Shown here: in pieces, positions 51,068-60,772 of the stretch
Numbering within the stretch: position 1 is the first letter of the stretch
Layout: every line of letters begins with the position of its first letter
Assembly: GCA_963804425.1 (NCBI GenBank)
Contig: CAWDQF010000001.1
Location: 79,745-143,744, forward strand
Reading direction: 5' to 3'
Origin: an uncultured Verrucomicrobiae bacterium
GTDB taxonomy: Bacteria > Verrucomicrobiota > Verrucomicrobiia > Chthoniobacterales > JAFAMB01
Length of the DNA stretch: 64,000 bases
Notes under the pieces: generated by a model
What the model saw: the letters and a program-made list of their open reading frames with translations, nothing else
What the model was told of the DNA's origin: nothing
Database searches by the model: none
Position numbers and translations under genes: made by a program

Positions 51068-53128
51068 ATGTCGACCGCTCCTTCACCGATCCGTTCAGCC
51101 AAGCTTGGCCCGACCGATGGCAAGGTTTCCACGTTTGGTAGCTGGGTGCGATTGCTGAATCAGCAGGAGACCGTCCTTTTTGTTGCGTTCTGCTTGGTCT
51201 TTGGGTGGGTAGGCTCACTCAATCACGGATTCCTCGAGTTCAGCAACTTCGTCTACATGCTCTACAACTGCTCCTACATCGGGATCGCAGCGATCGGCAT
51301 GACGATGATCATCCTCTGCGGCCATATCGATATTTCTATCGGAGCTGCGCTAGGCGTCTGCGCCACGGTGGCAGGAAAGCTCGCTGTTGCTGGGGTCCCA
51401 TTAGCGGTCGTTTTTCCGGCGACGATTCTTGCCGGAGGAATCATCGGTCTCATCAATGGCCTATTGGTGGCGTACGGTCGGATACCCGCTATTGTCACCA
51501 CCCTTGGAATGGCAAGTATCTTAAAAGGGACTCTGATCCTCACCACAGGTGGGAGCTGGATTTATGGTTTGCCGCCCGGCTTTGGTATTAGTCGTACTTC
51601 GATTGTCGGGATTCCGTTACCGATTCTCGCGTTGATTCTGTTTGGGACCGCTTTTGCGCTCTGGCTCAAATATTCGGCAAAAGGCCGAGAACTCTATGCA
51701 GTCGGCGGAAACGCCGAAGCGGCCCGTTTATCAGGTATTTCTGAACGCCAGGTGACGATTCGGGTGTTTGTGATGAATGGGCTTCTGGTTGGGTTAGCGG
51801 CTATTCTGTACGCGACTAACTTTACGGCGATTCAAAGCAACGTAGCGCCGGGGTTTGAGCTGACGGTGATCACCGCTGCCGTGATCGGGGGCGTTAGCAT
51901 CCTCGGCGGAACCGGAAACGTCATGGGGGCGTTGCTGGGCGCGCTGCTGCTCCAGACCATCGGGACCGCGCTTGTTTTTCTTCACATTCGTGCTGAATGG
52001 TTCCTGACCGTCCAAGGAAGTCTCATTCTACTAACCATTCTGCTCGACGTCTTCCGGCGCCGACAAACGAGTGGTCCAGGCGCGGTAATGTCGGGAGGAG
52101 GGAGTGGACAGGCGGCTTCGCCCGACGTGTTTCGATTGCGCTGGCTGAGCCTTCAGGAAGCGGTGCTCGCTGGGATTCTGGTGATCGCGATGATCACACT
52201 CTCTTTTCTATCCGATCGGTTTTTCACGACGGCAAACCTATTGAATCAAACTCGCTTCCTGAGTGAGGTGGCGCTTCTGGCCGTGCCCATGACCTTCTTG
52301 ATAATCATGGGTGGGATCGATCTCTCGGTCGGCTCGATCGTCGCGTTCAGCGCCGTTCTGCTAGGTTTCTCCTGGCAGGTACTCGGCTTTCCGCTCTGGG
52401 TCGCGGTGCTCATCGGGATTGCGGGCGGAACCTTTGCCGGGTACCTCAACGGACTAGTCACCGTTTATCTCGGTGTGCCGCCCTTGATCGTTACTCTGGC
52501 GACGCTGGCGATCTTTCGTGGTCTGGCGTATGGGATTAGCGAGTCGCGCTCATTCAATGGGTTCCCGGACGCGTTTGCGTTTTGGGGCAGTGGTGAAATT
52601 GCCGGTTTACCATTTCAGCTCTACCTCCTGATCGTTGTTTTCGCTCTAAGCGCTCTGGTGCTTGGCGCTACACCGATTGGACGCCGGGTTTATGCAATTG
52701 GAAACAATGAAGTCGCTGCTCGTTTCGCCGGCCTCCGCGTAGGTCGGATTAAGCTGTTGGCCTACACATTCAGCGGGTTCATGGCCGGGATAGCCGGATT
52801 TATTTTTACCTCGCGCGTGACGTCGACGCGAGCAGACGCTGCTACCGGCCTGGAACTGGACGTGATCGCAGCGGTCGTTTTTGGCGGAACCAGCATCTTC
52901 GGCGGCCGGGGCACGATTCTCGGAACCGCCCTCGGTGTTGTCACCATCCAGCTTTTGAAAAATGGACTTCAATTGGCAGGATTTCGGGGAGAAGCCACGG
53001 TGGTTCTGATTGGCACCGTACTGATTCTCTCCATTTTGCTAAATCAATTTTTGGAGAAGTTTGTCCTGTCTGGACGCAGCTTCTTCAAACTACCACAGAA
53101 ACCGGAATCAATAATACGAGCCCCCTAG
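51068..53128 (+). CDS. Fused double sugar ABC permease
   Basis: Two complete permease domains (GHIDIS...; GGIDLS...) joined by a Gly/Ser linker. Confidence 0.9.
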   Translation: MSTAPSPIRSAKLGPTDGKVSTFGSWVRLLNQQETVLFVAFCLVFGWVGSLNHGFLEFSNFVYMLYNCSYIGIAAIGMTMIILCGHIDISIGAALGVCATVAGKLAVAGVPLAVVFPATILAGGIIGLINGLLVAYGRIPAIVTTLGMASILKGTLILTTGGSWIYGLPPGFGISRTSIVGIPLPILALILFGTAFALWLKYSAKGRELYAVGGNAEAARLSGISERQVTIRVFVMNGLLVGLAAILYATNFTAIQSNVAPGFELTVITAAVIGGVSILGGTGNVMGALLGALLLQTIGTALVFLHIRAEWFLTVQGSLILLTILLDVFRRRQTSGPGAVMSGGGSGQAASPDVFRLRWLSLQEAVLAGILVIAMITLSFLSDRFFTTANLLNQTRFLSEVALLAVPMTFLIIMGGIDLSVGSIVAFSAVLLGFSWQVLGFPLWVAVLIGIAGGTFAGYLNGLVTVYLGVPPLIVTLATLAIFRGLAYGISESRSFNGFPDAFAFWGSGEIAGLPFQLYLLIVVFALSALVLGATPIGRRVYAIGNNEVAARFAGLRVGRIKLLAYTFSGFMAGIAGFIFTSRVTSTRADAATGLELDVIAAVVFGGTSIFGGRGTILGTALGVVTIQLLKNGLQLAGFRGEATVVLIGTVLILSILLNQFLEKFVLSGRSFFKLPQKPESIIRAP

Positions 53129-53131
53129 ACC

Positions 53132-54190
53132 ATGATATCAACTAATCCATCGCGCTTTCTCAAAGCGCTTCTTCTGTTGCTGGCAGCGTCCGCTGCCAAC
53201 ACTCTCGCCGCCGACAGTTCGTACGACGGCGGGCAGCCGACTAACCCTAAGGATCTCAAAGGCAAGAAGGTCGTCCTCGCCGATGTTCCGAAACTGATTG
53301 GGATCGGCTACTTCAACGCGACCGCGAAAGGAATTGCGGAAGGGTGCGCCGATTTGACGAAAAATGGATTGCCAACCGAGGTGACCACCGACGCTCCGAC
53401 CGAGGGCGATATCCAGAAGCAGATCGAATTCATTGACAATGCGATTTCGCGCGGGGTCGACGGTATTTTTTTTGCTGCCAACGATCCGGTGGCAATCTCA
53501 CCAGTGCTGCGCAAAGCGCTGAAAGCCGGGATCCACGTAATCGGCTATGATGCCGAGTCACAGCCGGATGCGCGGGAGTGGTTTGCTCAGATGTGTACGC
53601 CGGACGGGGTGGCGAAAGCTCTCATCGACGACATGGTGTCCCAAGTAGGCGAGCAAGCCGATATCGCGATCGTCACGAGTTCGATGACGGCAGCGGGCCA
53701 GAACGCCTGGATCGCGGAGATTAAGAAATACATTCCGCAAGCTCATCCCCAAATTAACATTGTGACGATCGTGCCCGCGGAAGAGGACCAACAGCTGGCG
53801 TTTAAGAGAACCGGTGAAATCTTGAAAGCCTATCCCAGTGTCAAAGGTATCATTGGTTTGTCGAGCGTCGCATTTCCGGGCGCGGCGGATGCGATTACGC
53901 AGGCCAATTTGATCGGGAAAATCGCGGTCGTTGGTTTGTCGACGCCGAACCAAATGAAACCTTTTGTGAAGAACGGAGCCGTGAAGGATGTCATTCTTTG
54001 GAATCCGGTCGACCTTGGTTATTTGGCGGCTTACGCCATGCGCGCTTCAATTGACGGGACGCTGAAACCGGGCGCCACCGAACTCGAAGCCGGAAAACTG
54101 GGGAAGGTGAAGGTGATCAACGGCAGCCAGATTCTATTGGGGCTGCCAAAGGCGTTCAATAAGGAGAACATCGATCAGTTCGATTTTTGA
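53132..54190 (+). CDS. Sugar ABC substrate-binding protein (RhaS/LsrB-like)
   Basis: Signal peptide; VPKLIGIGYF, LWNPVDLGY, NIDQFDF. Confidence 0.9.
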   Translation: MISTNPSRFLKALLLLLAASAANTLAADSSYDGGQPTNPKDLKGKKVVLADVPKLIGIGYFNATAKGIAEGCADLTKNGLPTEVTTDAPTEGDIQKQIEFIDNAISRGVDGIFFAANDPVAISPVLRKALKAGIHVIGYDAESQPDAREWFAQMCTPDGVAKALIDDMVSQVGEQADIAIVTSSMTAAGQNAWIAEIKKYIPQAHPQINIVTIVPAEEDQQLAFKRTGEILKAYPSVKGIIGLSSVAFPGAADAITQANLIGKIAVVGLSTPNQMKPFVKNGAVKDVILWNPVDLGYLAAYAMRASIDGTLKPGATELEAGKLGKVKVINGSQILLGLPKAFNKENIDQFDF

Positions 54191-54432
54191 GAGTCTTAGA
54201 TCGCACGAAGGGATCGATAGATCCGAACCGTGACAAACCCGCGGCTGGTAAGGCGAAAGCCCGGTGCGGTATAACCCGCACCGGCTTGAGCCGTTCGTTG
54301 TTTCTAATCGTTCATGCCGCCATGGTATTAGTGGGTTGCGGGACCATACAGCGTGCGGCTCAAACGTGTCTTCCTAAAGCACAAAGGCGCGCCGAGGTTT
54401 TCTCCCTAGTGTGAGAGAAAGCGACTCTTGCG

Positions 54433-54466
54433 TTGACAAAGCGTTATTGAGAGTCATTTTCAGTAA
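54433..54466 (+). promoter_or_regulatory. -35 TTGACA and Fur-box-like operator
   Basis: TTATTGAGAGTCATTTTCAGTAA imperfect palindrome directly upstream of the iron permease. Confidence 0.6.
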
Positions 54467-54468
54467 CG

Positions 54469-55485
54469 ATGAGTTCTGCCGCCGTTCAGTCTGCTCCGCC
54501 AAGCGCCTATCAGATCCGGCCGAGTCTCCGGGTCTTGCTACTGATCGGCGCCGCAATTGTTGCCGGCATTCTGGTGTGGCAGGGTATTGCCGCTAACGGA
54601 GCTCCAGATCCCACGTTGCCCCATACCAGCCGAGCGGTTGCGTCGCTCGATATCGCGGTCCTCGTTTTTCGCGAGGGTTTGGAGTGTATTTTGGTATTGT
54701 CCGCGATCATGGCGAGCATGGTCGGTCCAAACGAATCCCAGCGAAAACCGGTCGCGATCGGCGTTGGTATTGGATTTCTGGCCACATTGGTGACGTGGTT
54801 CGTGGCGGCTGGCATCATCAGTGATCTCTCAAAAAATATTTCCGCTCTCGACCTCCAAGCTGGAACCGGTCTGTTGGCTGTCGTGGTGCTGTTGGTGATA
54901 ATGAATTGGTTTTTCCACAAGGTCTATTGGGGCGGCTGGATCTGTCTCCACACTCGGAAAAAGAAGTCGCTTTTGAATGACGCTAAGGGATTGCACATTT
55001 CGCAAACCAGCTTGCTCTGGGGGCTTGGTCTCCTTGGATTCTCATCGTTCTACCGTGAGGGATTCGAAGTAGTGTTGTTCCTGCAGAGTTATCACCTCCG
55101 AATGGGGAATGGACCGGTTTTGATCGGAGCGATTATCGGGATGTTCCTATCGGGACTTGTTGCGGTATTGACGTTTTTTGCACATCGCCGGCTGCCGTAT
55201 CGGAACATGCTCGTCCTTACGGGTACGATGCTTGGATTCGTTCTGCTCGTCATGGTTGGCGAACAGGCTCAGGAGATGCAGCTGGCTAACTGGATTCCGG
55301 CGACAAAGATCGATTGGCTCGCCAATTTTACGCCCGACTGGATGGGTGTCTGGTTTTCGTTTTATCCTACGGTTGAGACATTGACCGCACAGGGGCTGGC
55401 AGCTGCTCTAGTCATTGGTTCTTACTTTATCGCCCGCCGTCAGAGGAACTCAGATCCGGCGGTAGCTACGGCAAACCCGGCATAG
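54469..55485 (+). CDS. FTR1/EfeU family iron permease
   Basis: REGLE and REGFE motifs in TM helices. Confidence 0.92.
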   Translation: MSSAAVQSAPPSAYQIRPSLRVLLLIGAAIVAGILVWQGIAANGAPDPTLPHTSRAVASLDIAVLVFREGLECILVLSAIMASMVGPNESQRKPVAIGVGIGFLATLVTWFVAAGIISDLSKNISALDLQAGTGLLAVVVLLVIMNWFFHKVYWGGWICLHTRKKKSLLNDAKGLHISQTSLLWGLGLLGFSSFYREGFEVVLFLQSYHLRMGNGPVLIGAIIGMFLSGLVAVLTFFAHRRLPYRNMLVLTGTMLGFVLLVMVGEQAQEMQLANWIPATKIDWLANFTPDWMGVWFSFYPTVETLTAQGLAAALVIGSYFIARRQRNSDPAVATANPA

Positions 55486-55498
55486 AGAGACGAGTGGC

Positions 55499-55984
55499 CT
55501 AGCTGAAGCGCCGGGTTTTAAATTCGGGCCAGAGAGGGATTAAGTCGCGATCTTGAACCGCGATCTTGGCCCAGACATGGTTACTCGAAGCCGCTTCCCG
55601 CACAGCCGTGCGTGCTTCATCCAGCCGCCCGAGTTGGCAACAGTAGCACCCGATTTGGAAAAGGATGTGGCCGTCGTCCGGAAAATAATGTCGTGCCATT
55701 TCGAGCAGCTCGAGGCCTGCTTGCAGCGATACAGAATGCCGAGTCGCATCCGCCAAACTGGCCCAGCACTCAGCCTCCCCCGGATATAATTCAACCATCT
55801 TCCGCGTGAGGGAAAGCATTTCAGACCATCGCTTTGCCATTCGTAATGCCGCGCTCCAGATGCTCAGAATGCTGAGCCGCTCGCGACCACCCAACGATTC
55901 GAGCTCTCCGACCGCATCATCTACCATCCCGAGTTCAAAGTAGCCCACAGCAATCTCAACTAGTTTCTCGTTCTCCGGCGTCAT
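55499..55984 (-). CDS. TPR repeat protein
   Basis: AVGYFELGM, FQIGCYCCQLGRLDEA, DRDLIPLW. Confidence 0.8.
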   Translation of the reverse strand: MTPENEKLVEIAVGYFELGMVDDAVGELESLGGRERLSILSIWSAALRMAKRWSEMLSLTRKMVELYPGEAECWASLADATRHSVSLQAGLELLEMARHYFPDDGHILFQIGCYCCQLGRLDEARTAVREAASSNHVWAKIAVQDRDLIPLWPEFKTRRFS

Positions 55985-56286
55985 GGCGGGGCTATTGAAG
56001 ATACGGTCTGGGTCTCGAATTGGACGTGCGGTGGAATAGCTGATGGCGAATAGGCCATCGCCGATACCCAAGATTTGCTATTCGGCTATTTGCGATTGGT
56101 CATCCGTTCGGCGCCCCCGCCGTTTCCCGGCTAACTGACTATCTCTCCGCCGAACGAGACCGTCCCAGGAATGGAACGGCAATCCCACTTACGGGGGAAT
56201 CAAGTCGTGCTTATTTGCGTTCTTTAAAACGCAATATGATACGTAAGTACTTGTATACAATGATATTACAAACCAACTTAAATAAG

Positions 56287-56301
56287 TGGCACACCATTTG
56301 C
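56287..56301 (+). promoter_or_regulatory. sigma54 (-24/-12) promoter
   Basis: TGGCAC-ACCAT-TTGC matches consensus, preceded by an AT-rich tract. Confidence 0.75.
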
Positions 56302-56319
56302 CTATATGAGCTGCGAGTC

Positions 56320-56445
56320 ATGAACGAGCTGAAAACAGGTTTTTTGATGCTCTTAGTTTGCGTGGCGTTCTGCGTCCAAGCAAATCCGCGGTTTTGGGGA
56401 GGACTTTGCCAATGGGTTGGTCAGCTCTTCGGTGTCTGGCACTGA
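56320..56445 (+). CDS. Small hydrophobic protein (41 aa)
   Basis: MNELKTGFLMLLVCVAFCVQANPRFWGG...; directly downstream of the sigma54 motif. Confidence 0.5.
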   Translation: MNELKTGFLMLLVCVAFCVQANPRFWGGLCQWVGQLFGVWH

Positions 56446-56731
56446 ACCAATGAATACTCGATTTCCCAAATCTGTTCTCAAGTCGCACCGAAAGAGCGTC
56501 GATGAATCAGGCTCGTTAGACCGGAGGTCCGCCGAGGGCCGGAAGCCGATCTACCCACGTATGCTCACAACTTTTTTTCCGATGTCGCTGACTCTTGAAG
56601 GCTTTCACGTCTGCGGGGGGCCGAGCCTTTGAGTAGTCTAGGCAGGCGGCTGGGCGGCCCTTGGGTCGTCCCAGCCGCCATTGCTTTGCGGTTCGAACGG
56701 CCGCTAGGAAGTCACACCGAAGCGGACGCGC

Positions 56732-58567
56732 CTAATTGGTGGGAATCAACGTCACATTTCGGATTGCTCGGTCCGCCACTTCGTAAATTGCAAAACCTTC
56801 GTAGATTTTCTGTGCCCCGGTCACTCGCTCCTGATCGATAACCGTCTGACCGGCGGAGAGGCGCTGAAGAATCTGCACATGGAGCGCTGGTGTTTCTGAG
56901 AAGAGATGCTCGTATTGCTTTCGAATTTCGTCTCTTCCGGTCGCCAAGAGCTGGTCTGGATATTGGTACACCTTCGCGTCCGGACTGTATGCTGCAGTGA
57001 ACGCCTCCGTGCTCCTTGCGTTATAGGCATTGACCTGTCGCTGGACGATGTCAACGGGCGTTTCTTGTAAAAGGTCCCCGATCTGGTGCTCGATGCCATC
57101 CTTGATGACGGTCTCTATTTCGGAAGCGTTGTCGATATCCGCAAGAGGGTTGGCGCGTAGGATGACCAAGTCAGCTGACATACCTGGATCGATAGCGCCA
57201 ATCTTCGAGTCTCTGGCGAACACCTTCCCTCCGTTTATGGTCGCGGCAGTCAGAATTTGCATCGGTGTCAGCCCGGCTTCGGCCATCAACTCGAATTCGC
57301 GGAAGATCGATGGTCCATGCAGAGTGCCGATGTTCCCGGCGTCGGTGCCTGCTGCGATCGTAACTCCGGCATCCTCTAGAGTTTTCAAGTTCCGAAGTGC
57401 AGGCTCAACCGATAGCTTCCTTCGGCTGGCTACATAGTTCGGGTTGGCCATCGCCTTTTTCACTCTTTCGGGAATCTGCTCCGCAGGTAGATGACGCAGA
57501 TCAAACAGAGAGCCAACTATAGTAGGATTGCCGGTCTCCAATTCGACCGGCAAGAGATTAAGCTGCTGCGCGAAGCAGCGCGAATATCGTTCAAACACGA
57601 CTATGGTCGGAATGAGGATGGTCGCTTTCTGCTTCAATAGTTGGACGAACCGGTCATCAACGTCGCGATCGACCACGCTGTGAACCAGCACATCAGCACC
57701 CTCTTCCACAGCGGCGCGCGCAGTTTCCAACTCGGTCGCATGAATCGCAACTCGCAAATGCAGTTGGTGACTCTCCTCGATTACCGCGCGAACAATTGGG
57801 CGGAATGCGTCGGCGGAACTGTTTTCGTCCACGATGTACCAGACTTTGATTAGATCCGGTTTTTCGGCTGCTTGTTTGCGAACCATGGCTCGCCCTTCAT
57901 CAGGCGTTGTCACCTTAACAATCGGCGGATCTCCTAGGTCCAACGGGTCGTCCGCGATGCTCGATATAAGCGGTCCAGCCACAGCAACTCGCGGGGCCAA
58001 GGGATTTGCGTTTGCCTGGTTGCGGACGGCGAAATTCCAGAACGGTCCCCCCACGTCCACCACGGAGGTCACACCGTTTCGGAGATAGCGCCGAAAAGTA
58101 TCCGCTAAGTCACGCTTAATGGAAGCGACTTCCTCCGGATAAGGTCGAATCGTGCGCAGATCCAGAGCATCCGGGCGGGTATAGAGTCCGCCAGACTGGA
58201 AAAAATGCACATGAGCATCGACGTATCCGGGAAGCAGCCATTTGCCGTGTGCATCAATCACCCGCGTATTGGCCGGTACATTGTTCGTCGGCGCCTGAGC
58301 GACGCCGATTATCCTGTCGCCCTCGATCGTGACGATAGAATTCTCCAGCACTTGGGATTTTGCGGGATTGATTAATGTCGCGCCGACGATTGCGATTCTC
58401 GCTGGGGGTGAGGTATCAGGTTTGTCGGTTTGATCTTCAGGAGCGGCGATCGCGATTGTGGACCCAATCAGGGCCGAAATGCCAACCGACAAAAGTGTGG
58501 GCAACCCCAACCTCTTCGAGCAAACTGTGCCAGCCTGTCTGCAAGAGGTGAGCTCAGACCCACGCAT
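56732..58567 (-). CDS. Secreted amidohydrolase with C-terminal SnoaL/NTF2-like domain
   Basis: PGYVDAHVH, AIHA, LVH, AGTDAG; C-terminal VQRQVNAYNAR...VIDQERV. Confidence 0.88.
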   Translation of the reverse strand: MRGSELTSCRQAGTVCSKRLGLPTLLSVGISALIGSTIAIAAPEDQTDKPDTSPPARIAIVGATLINPAKSQVLENSIVTIEGDRIIGVAQAPTNNVPANTRVIDAHGKWLLPGYVDAHVHFFQSGGLYTRPDALDLRTIRPYPEEVASIKRDLADTFRRYLRNGVTSVVDVGGPFWNFAVRNQANANPLAPRVAVAGPLISSIADDPLDLGDPPIVKVTTPDEGRAMVRKQAAEKPDLIKVWYIVDENSSADAFRPIVRAVIEESHQLHLRVAIHATELETARAAVEEGADVLVHSVVDRDVDDRFVQLLKQKATILIPTIVVFERYSRCFAQQLNLLPVELETGNPTIVGSLFDLRHLPAEQIPERVKKAMANPNYVASRRKLSVEPALRNLKTLEDAGVTIAAGTDAGNIGTLHGPSIFREFELMAEAGLTPMQILTAATINGGKVFARDSKIGAIDPGMSADLVILRANPLADIDNASEIETVIKDGIEHQIGDLLQETPVDIVQRQVNAYNARSTEAFTAAYSPDAKVYQYPDQLLATGRDEIRKQYEHLFSETPALHVQILQRLSAGQTVIDQERVTGAQKIYEGFAIYEVADRAIRNVTLIPTN

Positions 58568-58594
58568 TTCGCTCCTACCAAAGCGGTTCGGCGA

Positions 58595-59776
58595 TCACAG
58601 TTCTTCCGGTTTCGCGAGCAACGAAGCCATGCGCTGAATCAGCCGGCCAGAGGCGCCGCCATCCATAATCCGGTGATCGAACGTAATTGTAAGCTCTGCC
58701 ATCAAAACCGGCTTAAACTGGCCGCTTTCCTCATCCCACACCGGTCGCTTTTCGCCTCGACCAAGCCCAACTATTAGCGTTTCAGTCGGCAACGGAATTG
58801 GAGTGGCCCACGTGATTCCAAGTGGTCCGAAGTTCGTAACCGAAGCGACCGAGCCCTCGCGAATATCTTCCGACAAACGACGGGCGCGCGCGGCGCTCAC
58901 CAGATCCTGATAGGTTTTGCCCAGTTCTGAGATCGGCTGTTGATCGAGGCGGCGGAGAACCGGAACTATGATGCCATCTTCGACTTCGACGGCAATCCCG
59001 ATATCGATCGATTTGGGCAAGATGAGCTGATCACCGGCTAAGCGCGCGACGTAAGCCGGGTGTTCGGCAATCGCGACGGCCAAGGCTTTGGCCACGTAAA
59101 GGGCAGGACCTGGGGGAATTTCTATCTGCTTGCGATGAGCAAGGATCGGATCCAGGGCAAAGGCAACCCCAGCGGTTGCCAGGGGGCGAGCCCAACTGCG
59201 ACGCATAGAATCCGAAACTGCTAAGCGCATGGCTGAGGCCTTTTCGGTGGGATTGGATTCAAGTGCGGCCAGATAACTCTCCAGATCGCGTGCGGTGACC
59301 CTGCCGCCTTTACCGGTGCCGGCCAACAACCCTATCTCCTGTTGACGCCAACCTAAGTCATCCATCCGCGCCCTCACTCGAGGAGAGATAAATGGACCAC
59401 CTTGCGATCGGATCGGCGCGAAACCACCTGTCGTTGCTTCGCCGGGTTGGAAGGAGACCGGCTCAGGCTCAACCTGCGCAGTAGGTTGCGCAATGGGGCC
59501 CGCTCCGGAAGCATTCAAGCGTTCCGCGTCCTCGACGCTAGCCTCGACATATCCCAGCACAGTCCCGATCGGATATGTTTCGTTCACCGATGCCGAAAAA
59601 CTTTCAATCTTTCCGGCACACGGAGTTGTGACGCCCATCACCGCCTTATTCGTTTCGACCTCGATGATTTCCTGGTCGGTTTCAACCGCTCCACCGACGT
59701 CGACACAAAAACGGACAACGGTGGCTTCGGCGATGGATTCGCCAAGCTGCGGCATAATAATTGGCACTTTGGGCAT
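58595..59776 (-). CDS. 2-oxoacid dehydrogenase E2 (dihydrolipoamide acyltransferase)
   Basis: MPQLGES, ETNKA lipoyl site, GTGKGGRVT, FDHRIMDG. Confidence 0.93.
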   Translation of the reverse strand: MPKVPIIMPQLGESIAEATVVRFCVDVGGAVETDQEIIEVETNKAVMGVTTPCAGKIESFSASVNETYPIGTVLGYVEASVEDAERLNASGAGPIAQPTAQVEPEPVSFQPGEATTGGFAPIRSQGGPFISPRVRARMDDLGWRQQEIGLLAGTGKGGRVTARDLESYLAALESNPTEKASAMRLAVSDSMRRSWARPLATAGVAFALDPILAHRKQIEIPPGPALYVAKALAVAIAEHPAYVARLAGDQLILPKSIDIGIAVEVEDGIIVPVLRRLDQQPISELGKTYQDLVSAARARRLSEDIREGSVASVTNFGPLGITWATPIPLPTETLIVGLGRGEKRPVWDEESGQFKPVLMAELTITFDHRIMDGGASGRLIQRMASLLAKPEEL

Positions 59777-59800
59777 AGGATCGATTGACCGGTTAAAGAG

Positions 59801-60769
59801 CTACCACTGCAATATTTGGCGTACCCGTTCGGTGATCATCGCGACGGATGGCCTTGACGCCAGCCAGAGATCGGGATGGTAAGGAATAGGTACATCTCGG
59901 CTGTTGAGCCGCTGGGGAGGTGAATCCAGTAGATGAAATCCTTTGGTGGCAACCCGAGCGATGACCTCGGCGTTTACTCCGCCCCAAGGCCACGATTCTC
60001 CCACACAGAGCAACCGGCCGGTATTGGCCACGGACGCGAGAACGGTTTCTGTATCGAGCGGCTTTACTGTTCTGAGGTCAACGACCTCAATCTGGATACC
60101 AGATCGAGACAACTCTTGCGCAGCGACCAGAGCGTCATGAACGGTTGCACTGTAAGTGACTATCGTCAGGTCTCTACCAGCTCGAGCGATCCTGGCTTTC
60201 CCGGCGGTTTGGCCGTTGGTCTGCGGTAATTTGTCGGCTTTTACTCGGTTGTAGAGAAATTTGTGTTCGCAAAAAATGACTGGGTCATCGATCGCGATAG
60301 CCTCTAGCAATAGGTCATAAGCATCTTCCACCGTTGCCGGAGTCATCACGATTAGCCCGGGAAAGTGGGCATAGGTGGATTCCAAGGCTTGGCTGTGAAA
60401 TGGACCACTGCCCGGGTTTCCACCTGAGGGCATTCGAATCGTAATCGGACAGGGTATGTTGGTTCGCCAATAGAAGGCCGCGGCCTGGTTGACGATTTGA
60501 TTGAAAGCATTCGAAGAGAAATCGCTGAACTGCATTTCAACGATAGGGCGCATCCCTTCAATGGCGGCACCGACGACACTGCCCACCATCGCATCCTCGC
60601 TGATCGGTGAATCCAATACGCGTCCCGGAAATTCTTTCGCGAGATTCTTAGTTGCTTTGAACGCACCGCCGAAATCCGCAACGTCTTGGCCATAAATGTA
60701 GACTCGCGGATCATCGCGCAGCGCTTTGGCCTGGGCTTCTCGAATCGCTTCGAGATAGGTGATGCTCAT
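59801..60769 (-). CDS. 2-oxoacid dehydrogenase E1 beta
   Basis: GQDV..FGGAF, EMQFSDF, GPFHSQ, VVDLRT. Confidence 0.94.
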   Translation of the reverse strand: MSITYLEAIREAQAKALRDDPRVYIYGQDVADFGGAFKATKNLAKEFPGRVLDSPISEDAMVGSVVGAAIEGMRPIVEMQFSDFSSNAFNQIVNQAAAFYWRTNIPCPITIRMPSGGNPGSGPFHSQALESTYAHFPGLIVMTPATVEDAYDLLLEAIAIDDPVIFCEHKFLYNRVKADKLPQTNGQTAGKARIARAGRDLTIVTYSATVHDALVAAQELSRSGIQIEVVDLRTVKPLDTETVLASVANTGRLLCVGESWPWGGVNAEVIARVATKGFHLLDSPPQRLNSRDVPIPYHPDLWLASRPSVAMITERVRQILQW

Positions 60770-60772
60770 TCG

